Shown here: in pieces, positions 46,057 to 56,503 of the stretch
Layout: each line of letters opens with the position of its first letter
Numbering within the stretch: position 1 is the stretch's first letter
Origin: Acidimicrobiales bacterium
GTDB taxonomy: Bacteria; Actinomycetota; Acidimicrobiia; Acidimicrobiales; WLNW01
Length of the DNA stretch: 64,000 nucleotides
Assembly: GCA_039934635.1 (NCBI GenBank)
Contig: JBDTLT010000011.1
Span: 5,118 to 69,117 of the forward strand
Direction: 5' to 3'
Made by a program: the position numbers and the translations under genes
Notes under the pieces: generated by a model
The model's database searches: none
Told to the model about the DNA's origin: nothing
Seen by the model: the letters and a program-made list of their open reading frames with translations, nothing else

Positions 46057-47346
46057 TCACCGATGGCCGTAGCCCGCCTTGTCGCCGGTGGCGGCCGACC
46101 CGAGTCGATCCATCGGCTGCGTGTTCGTCGATGGCGTCGGTGTGTATTGCACGGGCATGTGCTTGACGCCACCGATGAAGTTGGACCGCAGATACTGCGG
46201 TTCGCCGGCAAGCGAGATGTCGGGTAGGCGTTCGGCCAGCTCGCGGAACATCAGGCGCAACTCCATGCGGGCGAGGTTGGCCCCCAAGCAGAAGTGCGGG
46301 CCGCCCCCACCGAACGCGACGTGCTCGTTGGGATGGCGCTCGATGTCGAATCGGAACGGGTCGGCGAAGTAGCGGTCGTCACGGTTGGCCGAGATGTGCC
46401 AGATGACGAGCTTGTCGCCTTCTTTGATCTTGACGCCACCGAGGTCGTAGTCGCGTAGAGCGGTGCGGCGGAAATGCAGTACGGGCGTCGCCCAGCGCAA
46501 GATCTCTTCGAGGGCGCCGGCCATGTGGCGATCGGGGTCGTTGCGGAACTTCTCCCATTGGTCGGGATGCTGGATGAAGCCATGCATCCCGTGGCTCATC
46601 GAGTTGCGGGTTGTCTCGTTGCCCGCGACCGACAGCAGCAGGAAGAACATGTCGAATTCGATCTCGCTGAGCTTGTCGTCGTCGATCGATGCGTTGAGCA
46701 ACGTGGTGACGATGTCTTGCGCCGGCTTGTCGCGCCGGTCCATCTGCAGCACATGCGAGTACTGGTACAGCTCGAGGAAGGCTTGATCGACTTCTTCGTC
46801 AGACCCGACGAACTCGGGGTCGCTGCGGCCGATCATCTTGTTGGTCCAGTCGAAGATCTTCATCCGGTCTTCGACCGGCACACCCATCATCTCGGCGATG
46901 GCCTGCAGGGGTAGCTCGGCGGCGATGTCGGTCACGAAGTCGCACTGGCCCTTGTCGGACACCCCGTCGACGATGATCCGCGTGCGGTTGAGGAGATAGT
47001 CGTCGAGCAGTCCGATCATCCGGGGGGTGAACCCGCGGTTGACGAGCTTGCGATAGCGCGTGTGCTTGGGCGGGTCCATGTCCAGCATCAGGTAGTCGCG
47101 GTTGACCGCGGCGCGCATGTCGCCCGGAGGAGGGTCGGCGATCTGCGTGCCGCCGGCATTGGACGAGAACACGTCGGTGTTGCGGTTCACCTCGTGGAGA
47201 TGGTCGATGCGGGTGACTGACCAAAAGCCGGTGCCGCCCGGCTCGTCGTGCCAGTGGATGCCAGGGTCGGTATCGCGCAGGACCTTGAACATCTCGTGGT
47301 GTTCGCCCCGCTGGAAGCGATCAGGATCGAGTAGGTCGATGTCCAT
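46057..47346 (-). CDS. Cytochrome P450 (CYP125/CYP142/CYP124-like)
   Basis: MDPPKHTRYRKLV, AGNETTR (I-helix), EEILR (ExxR), FGGGGPHFCLGANLAR (heme Cys); ATG 47346. Confidence 0.95.
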   Translation of the reverse strand: MDIDLLDPDRFQRGEHHEMFKVLRDTDPGIHWHDEPGGTGFWSVTRIDHLHEVNRNTDVFSSNAGGTQIADPPPGDMRAAVNRDYLMLDMDPPKHTRYRKLVNRGFTPRMIGLLDDYLLNRTRIIVDGVSDKGQCDFVTDIAAELPLQAIAEMMGVPVEDRMKIFDWTNKMIGRSDPEFVGSDEEVDQAFLELYQYSHVLQMDRRDKPAQDIVTTLLNASIDDDKLSEIEFDMFFLLLSVAGNETTRNSMSHGMHGFIQHPDQWEKFRNDPDRHMAGALEEILRWATPVLHFRRTALRDYDLGGVKIKEGDKLVIWHISANRDDRYFADPFRFDIERHPNEHVAFGGGGPHFCLGANLARMELRLMFRELAERLPDISLAGEPQYLRSNFIGGVKHMPVQYTPTPSTNTQPMDRLGSAATGDKAGYGHR

Positions 47347-47387
47347 CGTGGTCCCCTCACCGTCGATGACCGCGCAGAATAGCGGAG

Positions 47388-48395
47388 TCAGTCGTCGCGA
47401 AAGGCCGTGACCAGCGCGGCGAGTGTTGCCGGTGCGATGCGGTAGGGGACCGACAGCGATACGCGGTCGGCGATACCCGCGTAGCGCTGGCGCAGGGCGC
47501 GACCCGCTTCGGCCGGGGTGCCCCGGACGCACAGGGCATCGAGGAGGGCATCGTCGATGAGTTGCGGCATCTCCGCCCATCGACCGGTCTTGGTCATGCG
47601 GTTGAGTTCGGGTTGCAGCTCGCCCCAGCCGTGCACGTCGAGCGTCACGCGATACGACGGCGTCGACGCATAGAACGCGAGGTTGGTGCGACAGCCGTTC
47701 TCGGCGATGACCCTCTCCGCTTCGTCGCCGTAGACGCACGCCATGACGTCGATGCCGAGTGTGAAGTCCGCCCGGCTTCGTCCGGTGGTAGCCAGCCCGG
47801 CCTCGACGCGCGGCATCGTCACGGTGCGCAGGAACCGTTCGCTGTTGAACGGATGAATGAGCACGCCATCGGCCACCTCGGCTGCCATCTGCGTCATGCG
47901 CGGACCGAGGGCACCGACCCATATCGGAGGCGGCTCGCACCCGAGGGGCGCAGGGATGAACGTCGGCGTCATCAATGTGTGCGTGTAGTACTCGCCTCTG
48001 AACTCGAGCCGTTCGCCTTCGTGAAAACAACGGAAGATGGCGTGCAACGCCTGCACCAGCTCCTTCGTGTGCGCGACTGGGTTGCCGAAGCGGGCGCTGA
48101 AGCGCTTTTCGATGTGCGGTCGGATCTGGCTGCCGATGCCGAGCGCGAAGCGTCCGTTGGACGCCCGTTGCAGGTCGAACGCGGCGTAGGCGAGATGCAT
48201 CGGGCTGCGGGGGAACGCGATCGCCACGTTCGTGTAGATGTCAACGGCGGCGGCCTGCGCCGCCAACAACAACGGGAAGGTCACGTCGCTGTTGGCTTCC
48301 TGCGTATAGACGCCGTCGAACCCCATCGCGTGCAACTGGCGGGCCTGATCGGCCACTGCGTCGAGGCCGGCGTTGAGCACCATGTCGATCTTCAT
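47388..48395 (-). CDS. F420-dependent LLM-class oxidoreductase (TIGR03617-like)
   Basis: T.VAIAFPRSPM..AY.A.DLQ..S.GRF.LG.GSQI..HIEKRF, ADG...HPF, FYASTPSY. Confidence 0.9.
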   Translation of the reverse strand: MKIDMVLNAGLDAVADQARQLHAMGFDGVYTQEANSDVTFPLLLAAQAAAVDIYTNVAIAFPRSPMHLAYAAFDLQRASNGRFALGIGSQIRPHIEKRFSARFGNPVAHTKELVQALHAIFRCFHEGERLEFRGEYYTHTLMTPTFIPAPLGCEPPPIWVGALGPRMTQMAAEVADGVLIHPFNSERFLRTVTMPRVEAGLATTGRSRADFTLGIDVMACVYGDEAERVIAENGCRTNLAFYASTPSYRVTLDVHGWGELQPELNRMTKTGRWAEMPQLIDDALLDALCVRGTPAEAGRALRQRYAGIADRVSLSVPYRIAPATLAALVTAFRDD

Positions 48396-48485
48396 CGCCC
48401 CGATTCTGAGCGAAATCGCCCGCAACGTCACCTTCTACGGCCTATGGATGTCTCTCGGCCGCTTCTGCACCGCTAGGTTGCGGCG

Positions 48486-49241
48486 ATGTCGTCGCGCCGC
48501 ATGCCGCCGTCGCAGGCGCGGGCAGCGGTCTCGCTGACCCTCCTGCTGCTCGCCGCCGCCGGCTGCGCGGCGTCGGCGGCTCCATCGAGCGCCCCGCCCA
48601 TATCGGCCGCGTCGTTGGCCGTTTCGCGCGAACTGGCGGTGGCCGACCTGCTGCCGGCGTTCGACTGGCCCCCCGCGACGACGGTCTCGCAAGAAGTTGC
48701 GGCCGCGCCAGTTGCGGACGCGCCGGCCACCGTCGCGCCCACCACGACTGCCGCCGCGAGCGCAGCGCCGGCGACCGTCGTCGACGAAGCGGCGGTGACC
48801 GGCGATCCCCGCGGCACCGACGCGATGGCGCTGATCACGTATGCCTGGCGCCGCACATTGCCGGGATGGTCGATTGTCTTCCTGCCGTCGCGTGTCGGGC
48901 TGCGCGGGCTGACCAAGGTGGACGATCGGCGCATCGAGATCTATGTGCGAGACAGTGATTCGGCCCCGTCGTTGGCCCACGTCGTCGCCCACGAGTTGGG
49001 CCACGCCGTCGACGTCGAGCTGAATTCGCCCGCCGACCGCGACCGATGGCGCGCGCTCCGCGGGGTGGGGCCGACGGTGAGTTGGTGGCCGGGTAACGCC
49101 GTATCCGACTTCGACACGCTGGCGGGCGACTTCGCCGAAGCGTTCGCGACGATGTTGACCGCGTCGGTGAGCCTGTCGCGTGTGGCGCCGCCGCCGCAGC
49201 CCGCGGAGTTGGCGGTCTTGGCCGAGCTCGCGGCTCGCTGA
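48486..49241 (+). CDS. Putative lipoprotein with a zincin-like HExxH domain
   Basis: Signal peptide with LAAAGC lipobox, A/P/T linker, AHVVAHELGHAVD, later GDFAEAFA; TAGGTT 6 nt upstream. Confidence 0.75.
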   Translation: MSSRRMPPSQARAAVSLTLLLLAAAGCAASAAPSSAPPISAASLAVSRELAVADLLPAFDWPPATTVSQEVAAAPVADAPATVAPTTTAAASAAPATVVDEAAVTGDPRGTDAMALITYAWRRTLPGWSIVFLPSRVGLRGLTKVDDRRIEIYVRDSDSAPSLAHVVAHELGHAVDVELNSPADRDRWRALRGVGPTVSWWPGNAVSDFDTLAGDFAEAFATMLTASVSLSRVAPPPQPAELAVLAELAAR

Positions 49242-49308
49242 AAAAGGGCGACGACCAGGTGGAAAATGTAGGCCGTTCGGCTCAAGGCACCCGCGGAACG
49301 GCCGATGG

Positions 49309-49539
49309 ATGTGCGTGAAGATCTTTCGAAAGAACGATGATCTGCGCCAGCTCGTAGAGCATCAACGTCTCCTCCGTGCGCTCGGGACCATCGTTGCGCC
49401 GGCCCCACCAGTGGAGCCACCGGCCCCCGTCGCAGCTGAGCTCGCGCCGGTGGTTTCTCTTGCCGCGTTGCGAGCCCGTCGCGTGGGGCACCCGTCGGCC
49501 GGCGGCCGATCCAGCGCACCGGTTACCGCTCGCAGCTGA
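49309..49539 (+). CDS. Small hypothetical protein (low complexity)
   Basis: Open frame in the gap (VKIFRKNDDLRQLVEHQRLL...VVSLAALRARR); no recognisable motif. Confidence 0.35.
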   Translation: MCVKIFRKNDDLRQLVEHQRLLRALGTIVAPAPPVEPPAPVAAELAPVVSLAALRARRVGHPSAGGRSSAPVTARS

Positions 49540-49603
49540 GCGAGCGCCCCTTCACGCTGCGCGCGGACTACGCTGCCGCCGCGCGAGAGCAAATGAGGGG
49601 ACC

Positions 49604-50686
49604 ATGCACGCTGCAATCCTGCGTAAAGTCGGTGACACCGACCTCGACATCGTCGATGACTGTGAGCTGCGGGCCATGGGCCCCGGCGACGTCAAGGTAC
49701 GCATAACCCACTCCGGCGTATGCCATTCCGATCTGTCGGCAATGAACGGCACCATCCCTCAGCCGCCGCCGGCAGTGCTCGGTCACGAGGGTGCCGGCAT
49801 CGTCGAAGAAGTCGGCGAAGGCGTCACGACCGTCGCGCCCGGCGATCACGTGATCATCGCATGGTCACCACCATGCGGCGCATGCAAGTACTGCGTCGAC
49901 TTCAAACAGCCCAATCTGTGCCTCAACATGATGTTCGTCATGGGCGGTAACCCGCAGTTCCGCCATCGCGGCGACACGATCGGCGCAATGGCCGGCGCGG
50001 GCACGTTCGCCGAATACACGATCGTGCCGCAGCAGGCATCGATCAAGATCGATGCCGACATTCCGCTCGAAGTTGCCGCCTTGATCGGGTGCGGCGTGAT
50101 GACCGGCGCGGGTGCCGCGATCAACACAGCCAAGGTTCGCCCGGGCTCGTCGGTCATCGTGTTCGGCGCCGGCGGCGTCGGCATCAGTGCGATCCAGGGT
50201 GCGCGCATCGCGGGCGCCGCCGAGATCTTGGCGGTCGACGTCAACGTCGCCAAGCTCGAAGAGGCCAAGGCCTTCGGTGCGACGCACGCGTGCACGCCGG
50301 AGCAGGTCAACGACCTCAAAGTGCAGATCACCGGGGGCGACGGTTTCGACTACGCGCTCGAGTGCATCGGCAAGCCGGTCACCATGCGAGCGGCGTACGA
50401 CACGACCCGGCGCGGTGGCACGTGCTGCATCGTGGGCGTCGGTCGCATGGAAGAGATGGTCAACTTCTCTGCATTCGAGTTGTTCTTCAACGAGAAGATC
50501 CTCGTCGGTTCGTACTACGGCGGCACCGACGTGCGGGTCGACTTCCACCGCTTGCTGCGTCTCTACCGTTCGGGCAAGCTCGACCTCGATCGTATGATCT
50601 CGCGGCGCATCAAGATCGGCGAGGTCAATGACGCCATGCGCGAAATGGAAAAAGGTAACGTCGTGCGCCAAGTGATCGAATTTTGA
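49604..50686 (+). CDS. Zn-dependent alcohol dehydrogenase (class III-like)
   Basis: GVCHSD, LGHEG.G, CG.C.YC...PNLC, LIGCGVMTG.GA, GAGGVG; SD gagggg. Confidence 0.94.
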   Translation: MHAAILRKVGDTDLDIVDDCELRAMGPGDVKVRITHSGVCHSDLSAMNGTIPQPPPAVLGHEGAGIVEEVGEGVTTVAPGDHVIIAWSPPCGACKYCVDFKQPNLCLNMMFVMGGNPQFRHRGDTIGAMAGAGTFAEYTIVPQQASIKIDADIPLEVAALIGCGVMTGAGAAINTAKVRPGSSVIVFGAGGVGISAIQGARIAGAAEILAVDVNVAKLEEAKAFGATHACTPEQVNDLKVQITGGDGFDYALECIGKPVTMRAAYDTTRRGGTCCIVGVGRMEEMVNFSAFELFFNEKILVGSYYGGTDVRVDFHRLLRLYRSGKLDLDRMISRRIKIGEVNDAMREMEKGNVVRQVIEF

Positions 50687-50735
50687 GATCGCCCGGCAAG
50701 CACAGCATCGAGTTCTGAGGAGAACGGCCGTGGGA

Positions 50736-50930
50736 ATGCGAATCGTGGTCGATTACGACCTGTGTGAGTCCAACGCGATCTGTATGCAGGTGGCACCCGA
50801 CATCTTCGAAGTGCGCGATGACGACTTCATGTACGTCCTCAACGAGACGCCGGCCGAAGAAGCCCGCGCCCGCGTCATCGAAGCTGTGCAACGTTGCCCG
50901 AAACAGGCCATCAAAGTCGTCGACGAGTGA
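50736..50930 (+). CDS. Ferredoxin (3Fe-4S, P450-type)
   Basis: VDYDLCESNAICMQVAPDIF...CPKQAI. Confidence 0.92.
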   Translation: MRIVVDYDLCESNAICMQVAPDIFEVRDDDFMYVLNETPAEEARARVIEAVQRCPKQAIKVVDE

Positions 50931-51442
50931 TCTCTGGCGAACTCGTCGAGGTCGTCGACCTCGACGGGCGAGTCGTCGAGATCGTGTCACGGGCCGAGAT
51001 GCGTCGCCGCAACCTGGCGCACCGTGCGACGTACGTGATGGTGTTCGCGGCTCGCGGTGACCTGCTTGCCCATCAGCGAGCATCGTGGAAGGACATCTGG
51101 CCGAGCCGGTGGGACCTCGCGTTCGGCGGCGTCTGCGCGGTCGGCGAGCCTTGGGACCAAGCTGCGTCGCGTGAGCTCGCCGAGGAAGCAGGCGTGAGGA
51201 CACCCTTGCGAGCGCTGTCCGACGTCGTGTTCGACAGCGACGAGACGCGTGTCGTCGGACGGCTCTACGAGACCACTCACGACGGTCCGTTCGACTTCGC
51301 CGACGGAGAAGTGGTCGATCACTGCTGGGTGCCGCTCGACCAACTCGACACCTGGGCCGCGACGCACCAGCTCTGCGACGACACCCGCGCTGTCGTGCTG
51401 CCGTATCTCCGCAGTCGCGGTGGCGCCCGAGCGAAGAGTTAG
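50927..51442 (+). CDS. NUDIX hydrolase (YfcD/IPP isomerase-like)
   Basis: HQRASWKD.WP..WD...GG, Nudix box AASRELAEEAG; GTG overlaps the ferredoxin stop. Confidence 0.85.
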   Translation: MISGELVEVVDLDGRVVEIVSRAEMRRRNLAHRATYVMVFAARGDLLAHQRASWKDIWPSRWDLAFGGVCAVGEPWDQAASRELAEEAGVRTPLRALSDVVFDSDETRVVGRLYETTHDGPFDFADGEVVDHCWVPLDQLDTWAATHQLCDDTRAVVLPYLRSRGGARAKS

Positions 51443-51445
51443 CCG

Positions 51446-52648
51446 ATGCCCGACTCGATCACGATCGTGGGCGCCTCGCTCGCGGGGCTCCGCGGTGCCG
51501 AGGCACTGCGCAACGATGGCTACGACGGGCGCATCACGGTGATCGGTGACGAGACCGGGGTTCCCTACGACCGGCCACCGCTGTCGAAGCAGCTGCTGGC
51601 GGGCAAATGGGAGATCGACCGCACGACGCTCTACCGCCCCGAACGATTGGCGGAGCTCGACCTCGACCTTCGGCTCGGTGTGCGGGCGACCGGTCTCGAT
51701 CTGCGCGATCGATCGATCGAGCTCGATGGCGGCCGGCGACAACCATTCGACGCGTTGCTCGTGGCCACTGGCTCCTCGCCGCGACAACTGCCCAACACGC
51801 CTTCGTTCGCCGGGCTCTACACGCTGCGCACGCTCGCGGACTCGTTGGCGATCCGGGGCGAGTTCGAGCGCGGCCCGAAGGTGGTGGTCGTCGGGGCCGG
51901 GTTCATCGGCGCCGAAGTCGCGGCGACGGCCCGCGAGCGCGGGCTCGATGTCACGATGATCGAAGCGCTACCCGTGCCCCTCGGGCGGGTGTTGGGCGAC
52001 GAGTTGGGCGCGTTGTGCGGGGACATCCATCGCGATCACGGGGTCGACCTACGTCTCGGCGTCGGTGTCGACGGCTTCGACGGCCACGAGCGGGTCGAGC
52101 GCGTGCGCCTGTCTGATGGCAGTGTCGTCGAGGCCGATGTCGTCATCGTCGGTGTCGGTGTTGCTCCGAACACCGCGTGGCTCGAAGGTTCGGGCCTCAC
52201 GATCGACAACGGCGTCGTGTGCGACGCGTCGTGTCTCGCGGCGCCCGGGGTCACCGCCGCGGGTGACGTTGCTCGTTGGCCGAATCACCGTTTCGACGAA
52301 GTGGCGAGGGTCGAACACTGGGACCACGCGATCGAGATGGGCGCGCACGCGGCACGTCGTCTTCTCCAAAGCGACGACGAAGCCACTGCGTTCAGCCCGG
52401 TTCCGTTCTTTTGGAGCGACCAGTACGACCGCAAGATCCAACTCGCGGGCCGCCCGCGCCCCGACGACACGGTGCACATCGCCACGGGGTCGCTCCAAGA
52501 GCGACGCTTCGCCGCGCTCTATGGGCGCGGCGGCAAGTTGGTGGCGGTGCTCGGTATCAACCGGCCGCGCCACGTAGCGCAGTACCGCCAACTCATCGTC
52601 GACGGCGCCAGCTTCGACGACGCGTTGGCGTTCTCGCGCGAGAGCTAG
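51446..52648 (+). CDS. FAD-dependent ferredoxin reductase
   Basis: IVGASLAG, YDRPPLSK, VVGAGFIG.E.A, AAGDVA, EHW, FFWSDQY. Confidence 0.93.
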   Translation: MPDSITIVGASLAGLRGAEALRNDGYDGRITVIGDETGVPYDRPPLSKQLLAGKWEIDRTTLYRPERLAELDLDLRLGVRATGLDLRDRSIELDGGRRQPFDALLVATGSSPRQLPNTPSFAGLYTLRTLADSLAIRGEFERGPKVVVVGAGFIGAEVAATARERGLDVTMIEALPVPLGRVLGDELGALCGDIHRDHGVDLRLGVGVDGFDGHERVERVRLSDGSVVEADVVIVGVGVAPNTAWLEGSGLTIDNGVVCDASCLAAPGVTAAGDVARWPNHRFDEVARVEHWDHAIEMGAHAARRLLQSDDEATAFSPVPFFWSDQYDRKIQLAGRPRPDDTVHIATGSLQERRFAALYGRGGKLVAVLGINRPRHVAQYRQLIVDGASFDDALAFSRES

Positions 52649-53763
52649 CCCCAGCGGTGCACGAAGCACCGGTCACGGAGCGCGCCGGGAGAGAACATCT
52701 TCCACGCGCCGAGCATCACGCTACGGGTCTTGTCGGTCCATTCGAGGCAGTCGGTGGGAGAGACGCGCCGCACGACCTGTCGCAGGCCACCCTCGTGCAC
52801 GACGTAGCCCGCCCATGCACCGGGGTAGTCCTTGACCGAGCCGACCTCGACGTGGGGCACTCCATCGATGAGGCGTCTGCGGTGACGGTGCGAGTGACCC
52901 GATGTGATCACGAGCTTCGGGTTGGCGCGCCGCAACCCTCGTACGAAGCGGTTGCCGCTGCGCGAGTCGATGCCAGGGGGCCAGAACGTCGGCACGGGCA
53001 GCCGCTGTATGTGGTGGTGGATCACGACGAGGCAGGGCAGCTTGGTCTCGCCGACCGCATCGGCGGCGGCCGCGGCGTCACGCACGCGTCCGTGGCCGCG
53101 GTCGTCGATGGCGGTCTCGACGAGCACCACGCGTAGCCCCGGAAGGTCGGTGGCGCGCACCGCGGCCGTCGGTAGCCCCATCTCGGTCAAGACGTCCTCT
53201 GCGCGCAGACGATCACGCTTCATCGTCTCGTGGTTGCCGAGCATCAGCGTCCATGGTTGGGGCACCGTGGCGAGCAGCGACGCCAGAGTGTCCCACTCGG
53301 CGCGCGTGCCGTGGTCGACGAGGTCGCCCTTGAACACGACGTGCCGCGAACCCCAGTGCGTCCATTCGTCGATCGCGGCAGACGCGCAGCGCATGGTGTG
53401 CGGCACTGCGGGTTCGGGGCGCTCGGACACCCGCGGCAACTGCCCGAAGAATCGCTCGCCGATGTGGATGTCACTGATCGTCGACAGGCGGGTGAGCTCT
53501 GCGCCGGGCAGTGTGGGCAGTGTGCGCACTTTGTGAGGCCGGGTCGCCTTTGCCCCTTTCGGGGTGACCGTGATGCGGTAGTCGGTATCGGCCTCGAGTT
53601 CGTCGACGACAACTGCACCCGGGCCGGCTTCACCAGTGGCCTCGATCGTTCGAGTCGAGCGTGCGTCGCTCACGGTGATCGTGACGGGACCGGTCGGTGC
53701 GCCGCGCCAGGTGAGCTGTACGGCGGTGTCTTCGGTTGCGAACACTTCGGCGCTGAACCGCAT
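52645..53763 (-). CDS. Calcineurin-like metallophosphoesterase with an N-terminal FN3-like domain
   Basis: SDIH, KGDLV, GNHE, IHHH, SGHSH motifs; beta-rich N-terminus. Confidence 0.85.
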   Translation of the reverse strand: MRFSAEVFATEDTAVQLTWRGAPTGPVTITVSDARSTRTIEATGEAGPGAVVVDELEADTDYRITVTPKGAKATRPHKVRTLPTLPGAELTRLSTISDIHIGERFFGQLPRVSERPEPAVPHTMRCASAAIDEWTHWGSRHVVFKGDLVDHGTRAEWDTLASLLATVPQPWTLMLGNHETMKRDRLRAEDVLTEMGLPTAAVRATDLPGLRVVLVETAIDDRGHGRVRDAAAAADAVGETKLPCLVVIHHHIQRLPVPTFWPPGIDSRSGNRFVRGLRRANPKLVITSGHSHRHRRRLIDGVPHVEVGSVKDYPGAWAGYVVHEGGLRQVVRRVSPTDCLEWTDKTRSVMLGAWKMFSPGALRDRCFVHRWG

Positions 53764-53805
53764 ACGTTGCCTATCGACCTTCTCGGCGTCGGGCTGAGGA
53801 CAGAT

Positions 53806-56343
53806 TCAGCGAATCAGGTTGATACCGAGGCGCTCCCGCTCGCGAATGCGCAACGCAGCTTGCACCAACAGTCGCTCTCGGTGTTGACGGATCTGCAGCT
53901 GACCTTGCTCGGGAGGATTTGCGTCGAGGAACGCCTCGATATTGTGCACCTGGTCCGGCTCGGCAAGGGCGACGATGCCGGCCAGCATGCGCGAGATGCT
54001 GTTGCTTGGGAACCGCGCGACGACGAGGTCCCACTTCGAAGTTACGAACAACCAGGCGTCGAATCCACAAAATCGATTCTGCATGGCGCGCGCAAGGAGG
54101 TAAGGGCCGTCTTGGGTTCGAATACGTCCGTCAGCGCACATTGCCAATGTGTTGGCGAACAACTTCGGATCGGCGACATCGGCAAGCGCGCTGCGGAAGC
54201 GCTCTTCGTCCTGTGGCGAGGTGGCGTGCTGCATGCGGCGAATCAACTCGCCATACTCGTCGCTGGTGGCGTGGATCGCGACGACACCGATCGATGCGGC
54301 CAGTAGCGCTGGGTCGTCGTCGCCGTCGCGGACCACGGTTCGTGCGCGATCGATCGTCGCCGGATCGTCGGCGAGGCGACCGAGTGCTCCGAATAGTGTG
54401 GCCCGAAGCTGTCTCGATCGATCGTCGCCGAGCGCGCGCTGCGACAGTGCGTCGTACGCTGGCCTCACCAGAGCATCGACACGCTGCTGGAACCGCGGCC
54501 GATCGCTCGGCGCGACGACTCGCCAGAGTGTGTCGAGGGCCCCGATTATGCGCTGCCAGACCGAGAGATCGCGGTCGTCGCGAAAGCCATCCAGGATCTC
54601 GATGAAGCGTGTCGCTTCGAGGCGGCTGGATACGGTCAACGCCCACGCGTCGTCGATGAAGCTGTAACGCTCGATTGGCGAGAGGCCACTCGGTCCGTTG
54701 GCGATGACGTCATCCAAAACGGCCTCGGGCAACTGCGCGCGGTAGAAGCCAGAGCTGTCGACGTTGAGATTGATGATGCCGTTACCCCGCACGCGTGCTC
54801 CTTCGGGCATGGCGATCGTCATCGAGCGATCTTCGAGCAAGACCCGCGACTCGTGAGGGCCCGAAGGGGTCGACACTCGCAGTCGCAGAGGGATCGACCA
54901 CCGCGAATCGTCGAGCGGGCTGTCAAACGCGAAGCGCGCCTGCTCCACGGTGATGGCATCGTCCGCGAGCGAGTTGATGGCGATCACGGGATAGCCACCT
55001 TGGAAAATCCAGCTTTCCATCGTGCGTCGTACCGGCTCGCCACTCGCCGCCTCGAGCGCGACCCACAAGTCGCTCGTCTCGGTATTGCCGTACGCATGTT
55101 GCTGCATGTACTGGCGGATGCCGAGACGGAACTGCTCCTCACCCAGAAATTGCTCGAGCATGCGGACGACCGCCGCACCCTTCTCGTAGGTCAAGACGTC
55201 GAACATCGCTTCGGCATCGGTTGGCGAGAGCACTTCGAATTCGATCGGTCGAGTGGACACGAGGCTGTCGACGTCGAACGCCGCAGTACGCGAGAGGCCG
55301 AAGTCGGTCCATCGTTGCCAGTCGGGTCGATAGGCGTCGGTGGCCTTCATCTCCATGAAGGTGGCAAATGCTTCGTTGAGCCAGATGCCGTTCCACCATT
55401 GCATCGTCACGAGGTCGCCGAACCACATGTGCGCGAGTTCGTGCGCGATGACGTCGACCACGCGTTGCAACTCGGGTTGCGTCGCGGCGTCGGGGTCGAC
55501 GAGCAACGCCGTCTCGCGGAACGTGACGCAACCCAAGTTCTCCATCGCACCGAATGCGAAGTCGGGAATGGCGACGAGGTCGAGCTTGTCGCCCGGGTAT
55601 GGCCGGTCGAAGTAGTCGGCGAAGTAGCGCAGGCAGAACTGCGCGACGTCGAGTGCGAACGGCGTCAGGTGTGCGCGATCGGGACGAGCAACGACCCGCA
55701 GCGGCGTGCCGGCGACGTCGACCGCCGGCGTGACCGACAGCGGACCGACGATGAACGCCACCAGGTAGGTCGACATGGGCATCGTGGTCGCGAATTCGAC
55801 GCGGCGCCGGCCGTCCCCAGTGGGTGTGGAGCGCGTCTCGAGCGCGTTGGAAACCACCGTCGCCGATTCGTCGACGACCATCGTGATCGCGAAGGTGGCC
55901 TTGAAATCGGGCTCGTCCCAGCACGGGAAGGCGCGTCGGGCGTCGGTCGCCTCGAATTGCGTGGTGGCGAGGACCTGCTCGGTGCCTCCGTCGTCGACGA
56001 AAGTGCTGCGATAGAAGCCTCGCAGGCGGTCGTTGAGTCCACCGGCGAACTCGAGGTGGATGCGCAGCGGGCCAGGGGTCAGTGTGCGAGACGGATCGAG
56101 GTGGAGGCGCTCGTCGGCGGCGTCGATCGTGGGGCGCAGCGCCACGCGCTCACCGGCGACCTCGAGCCACGCATCGCGGATCTCGAGATCGAGCGCGTTG
56201 AGCGAGATCGTCGCGGTCTCGGTGGCAACCGTGGCGTCGATGTCGACGGTGCCGTCGAACACACCCGCTACGAGATCGGGGGCGAGTACGAGCGAGTAGT
56301 GCGAGGGAACGACCGCACGAGGCAGCCGGTAGGCGTTGGTCAT
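53806..56343 (-). CDS. pepN: M1 family aminopeptidase (PepN / ERAP1-C type)
   Basis: TQFEATDARRAFPCWDEP, GAMEN, HELAHMWFG..V...WW..IWLNE, YEKG. Confidence 0.96.
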   Translation of the reverse strand: MTNAYRLPRAVVPSHYSLVLAPDLVAGVFDGTVDIDATVATETATISLNALDLEIRDAWLEVAGERVALRPTIDAADERLHLDPSRTLTPGPLRIHLEFAGGLNDRLRGFYRSTFVDDGGTEQVLATTQFEATDARRAFPCWDEPDFKATFAITMVVDESATVVSNALETRSTPTGDGRRRVEFATTMPMSTYLVAFIVGPLSVTPAVDVAGTPLRVVARPDRAHLTPFALDVAQFCLRYFADYFDRPYPGDKLDLVAIPDFAFGAMENLGCVTFRETALLVDPDAATQPELQRVVDVIAHELAHMWFGDLVTMQWWNGIWLNEAFATFMEMKATDAYRPDWQRWTDFGLSRTAAFDVDSLVSTRPIEFEVLSPTDAEAMFDVLTYEKGAAVVRMLEQFLGEEQFRLGIRQYMQQHAYGNTETSDLWVALEAASGEPVRRTMESWIFQGGYPVIAINSLADDAITVEQARFAFDSPLDDSRWSIPLRLRVSTPSGPHESRVLLEDRSMTIAMPEGARVRGNGIINLNVDSSGFYRAQLPEAVLDDVIANGPSGLSPIERYSFIDDAWALTVSSRLEATRFIEILDGFRDDRDLSVWQRIIGALDTLWRVVAPSDRPRFQQRVDALVRPAYDALSQRALGDDRSRQLRATLFGALGRLADDPATIDRARTVVRDGDDDPALLAASIGVVAIHATSDEYGELIRRMQHATSPQDEERFRSALADVADPKLFANTLAMCADGRIRTQDGPYLLARAMQNRFCGFDAWLFVTSKWDLVVARFPSNSISRMLAGIVALAEPDQVHNIEAFLDANPPEQGQLQIRQHRERLLVQAALRIRERERLGINLIR

Positions 56344-56503
56344 ATCGGGCTCCTGCGCGCGGGGGCACGCGAAACCCTGAAGGCTACGGGCCTGGCGCGA
56401 CTGTCATCGGATATTCACACAATTGATGGTCGTCTGTGATCGAATAGAACGTAATAACGCCTGTTGGCACCGCCTTCTTCAACCGGACAAGAGTGAGGCA
56501 CCG

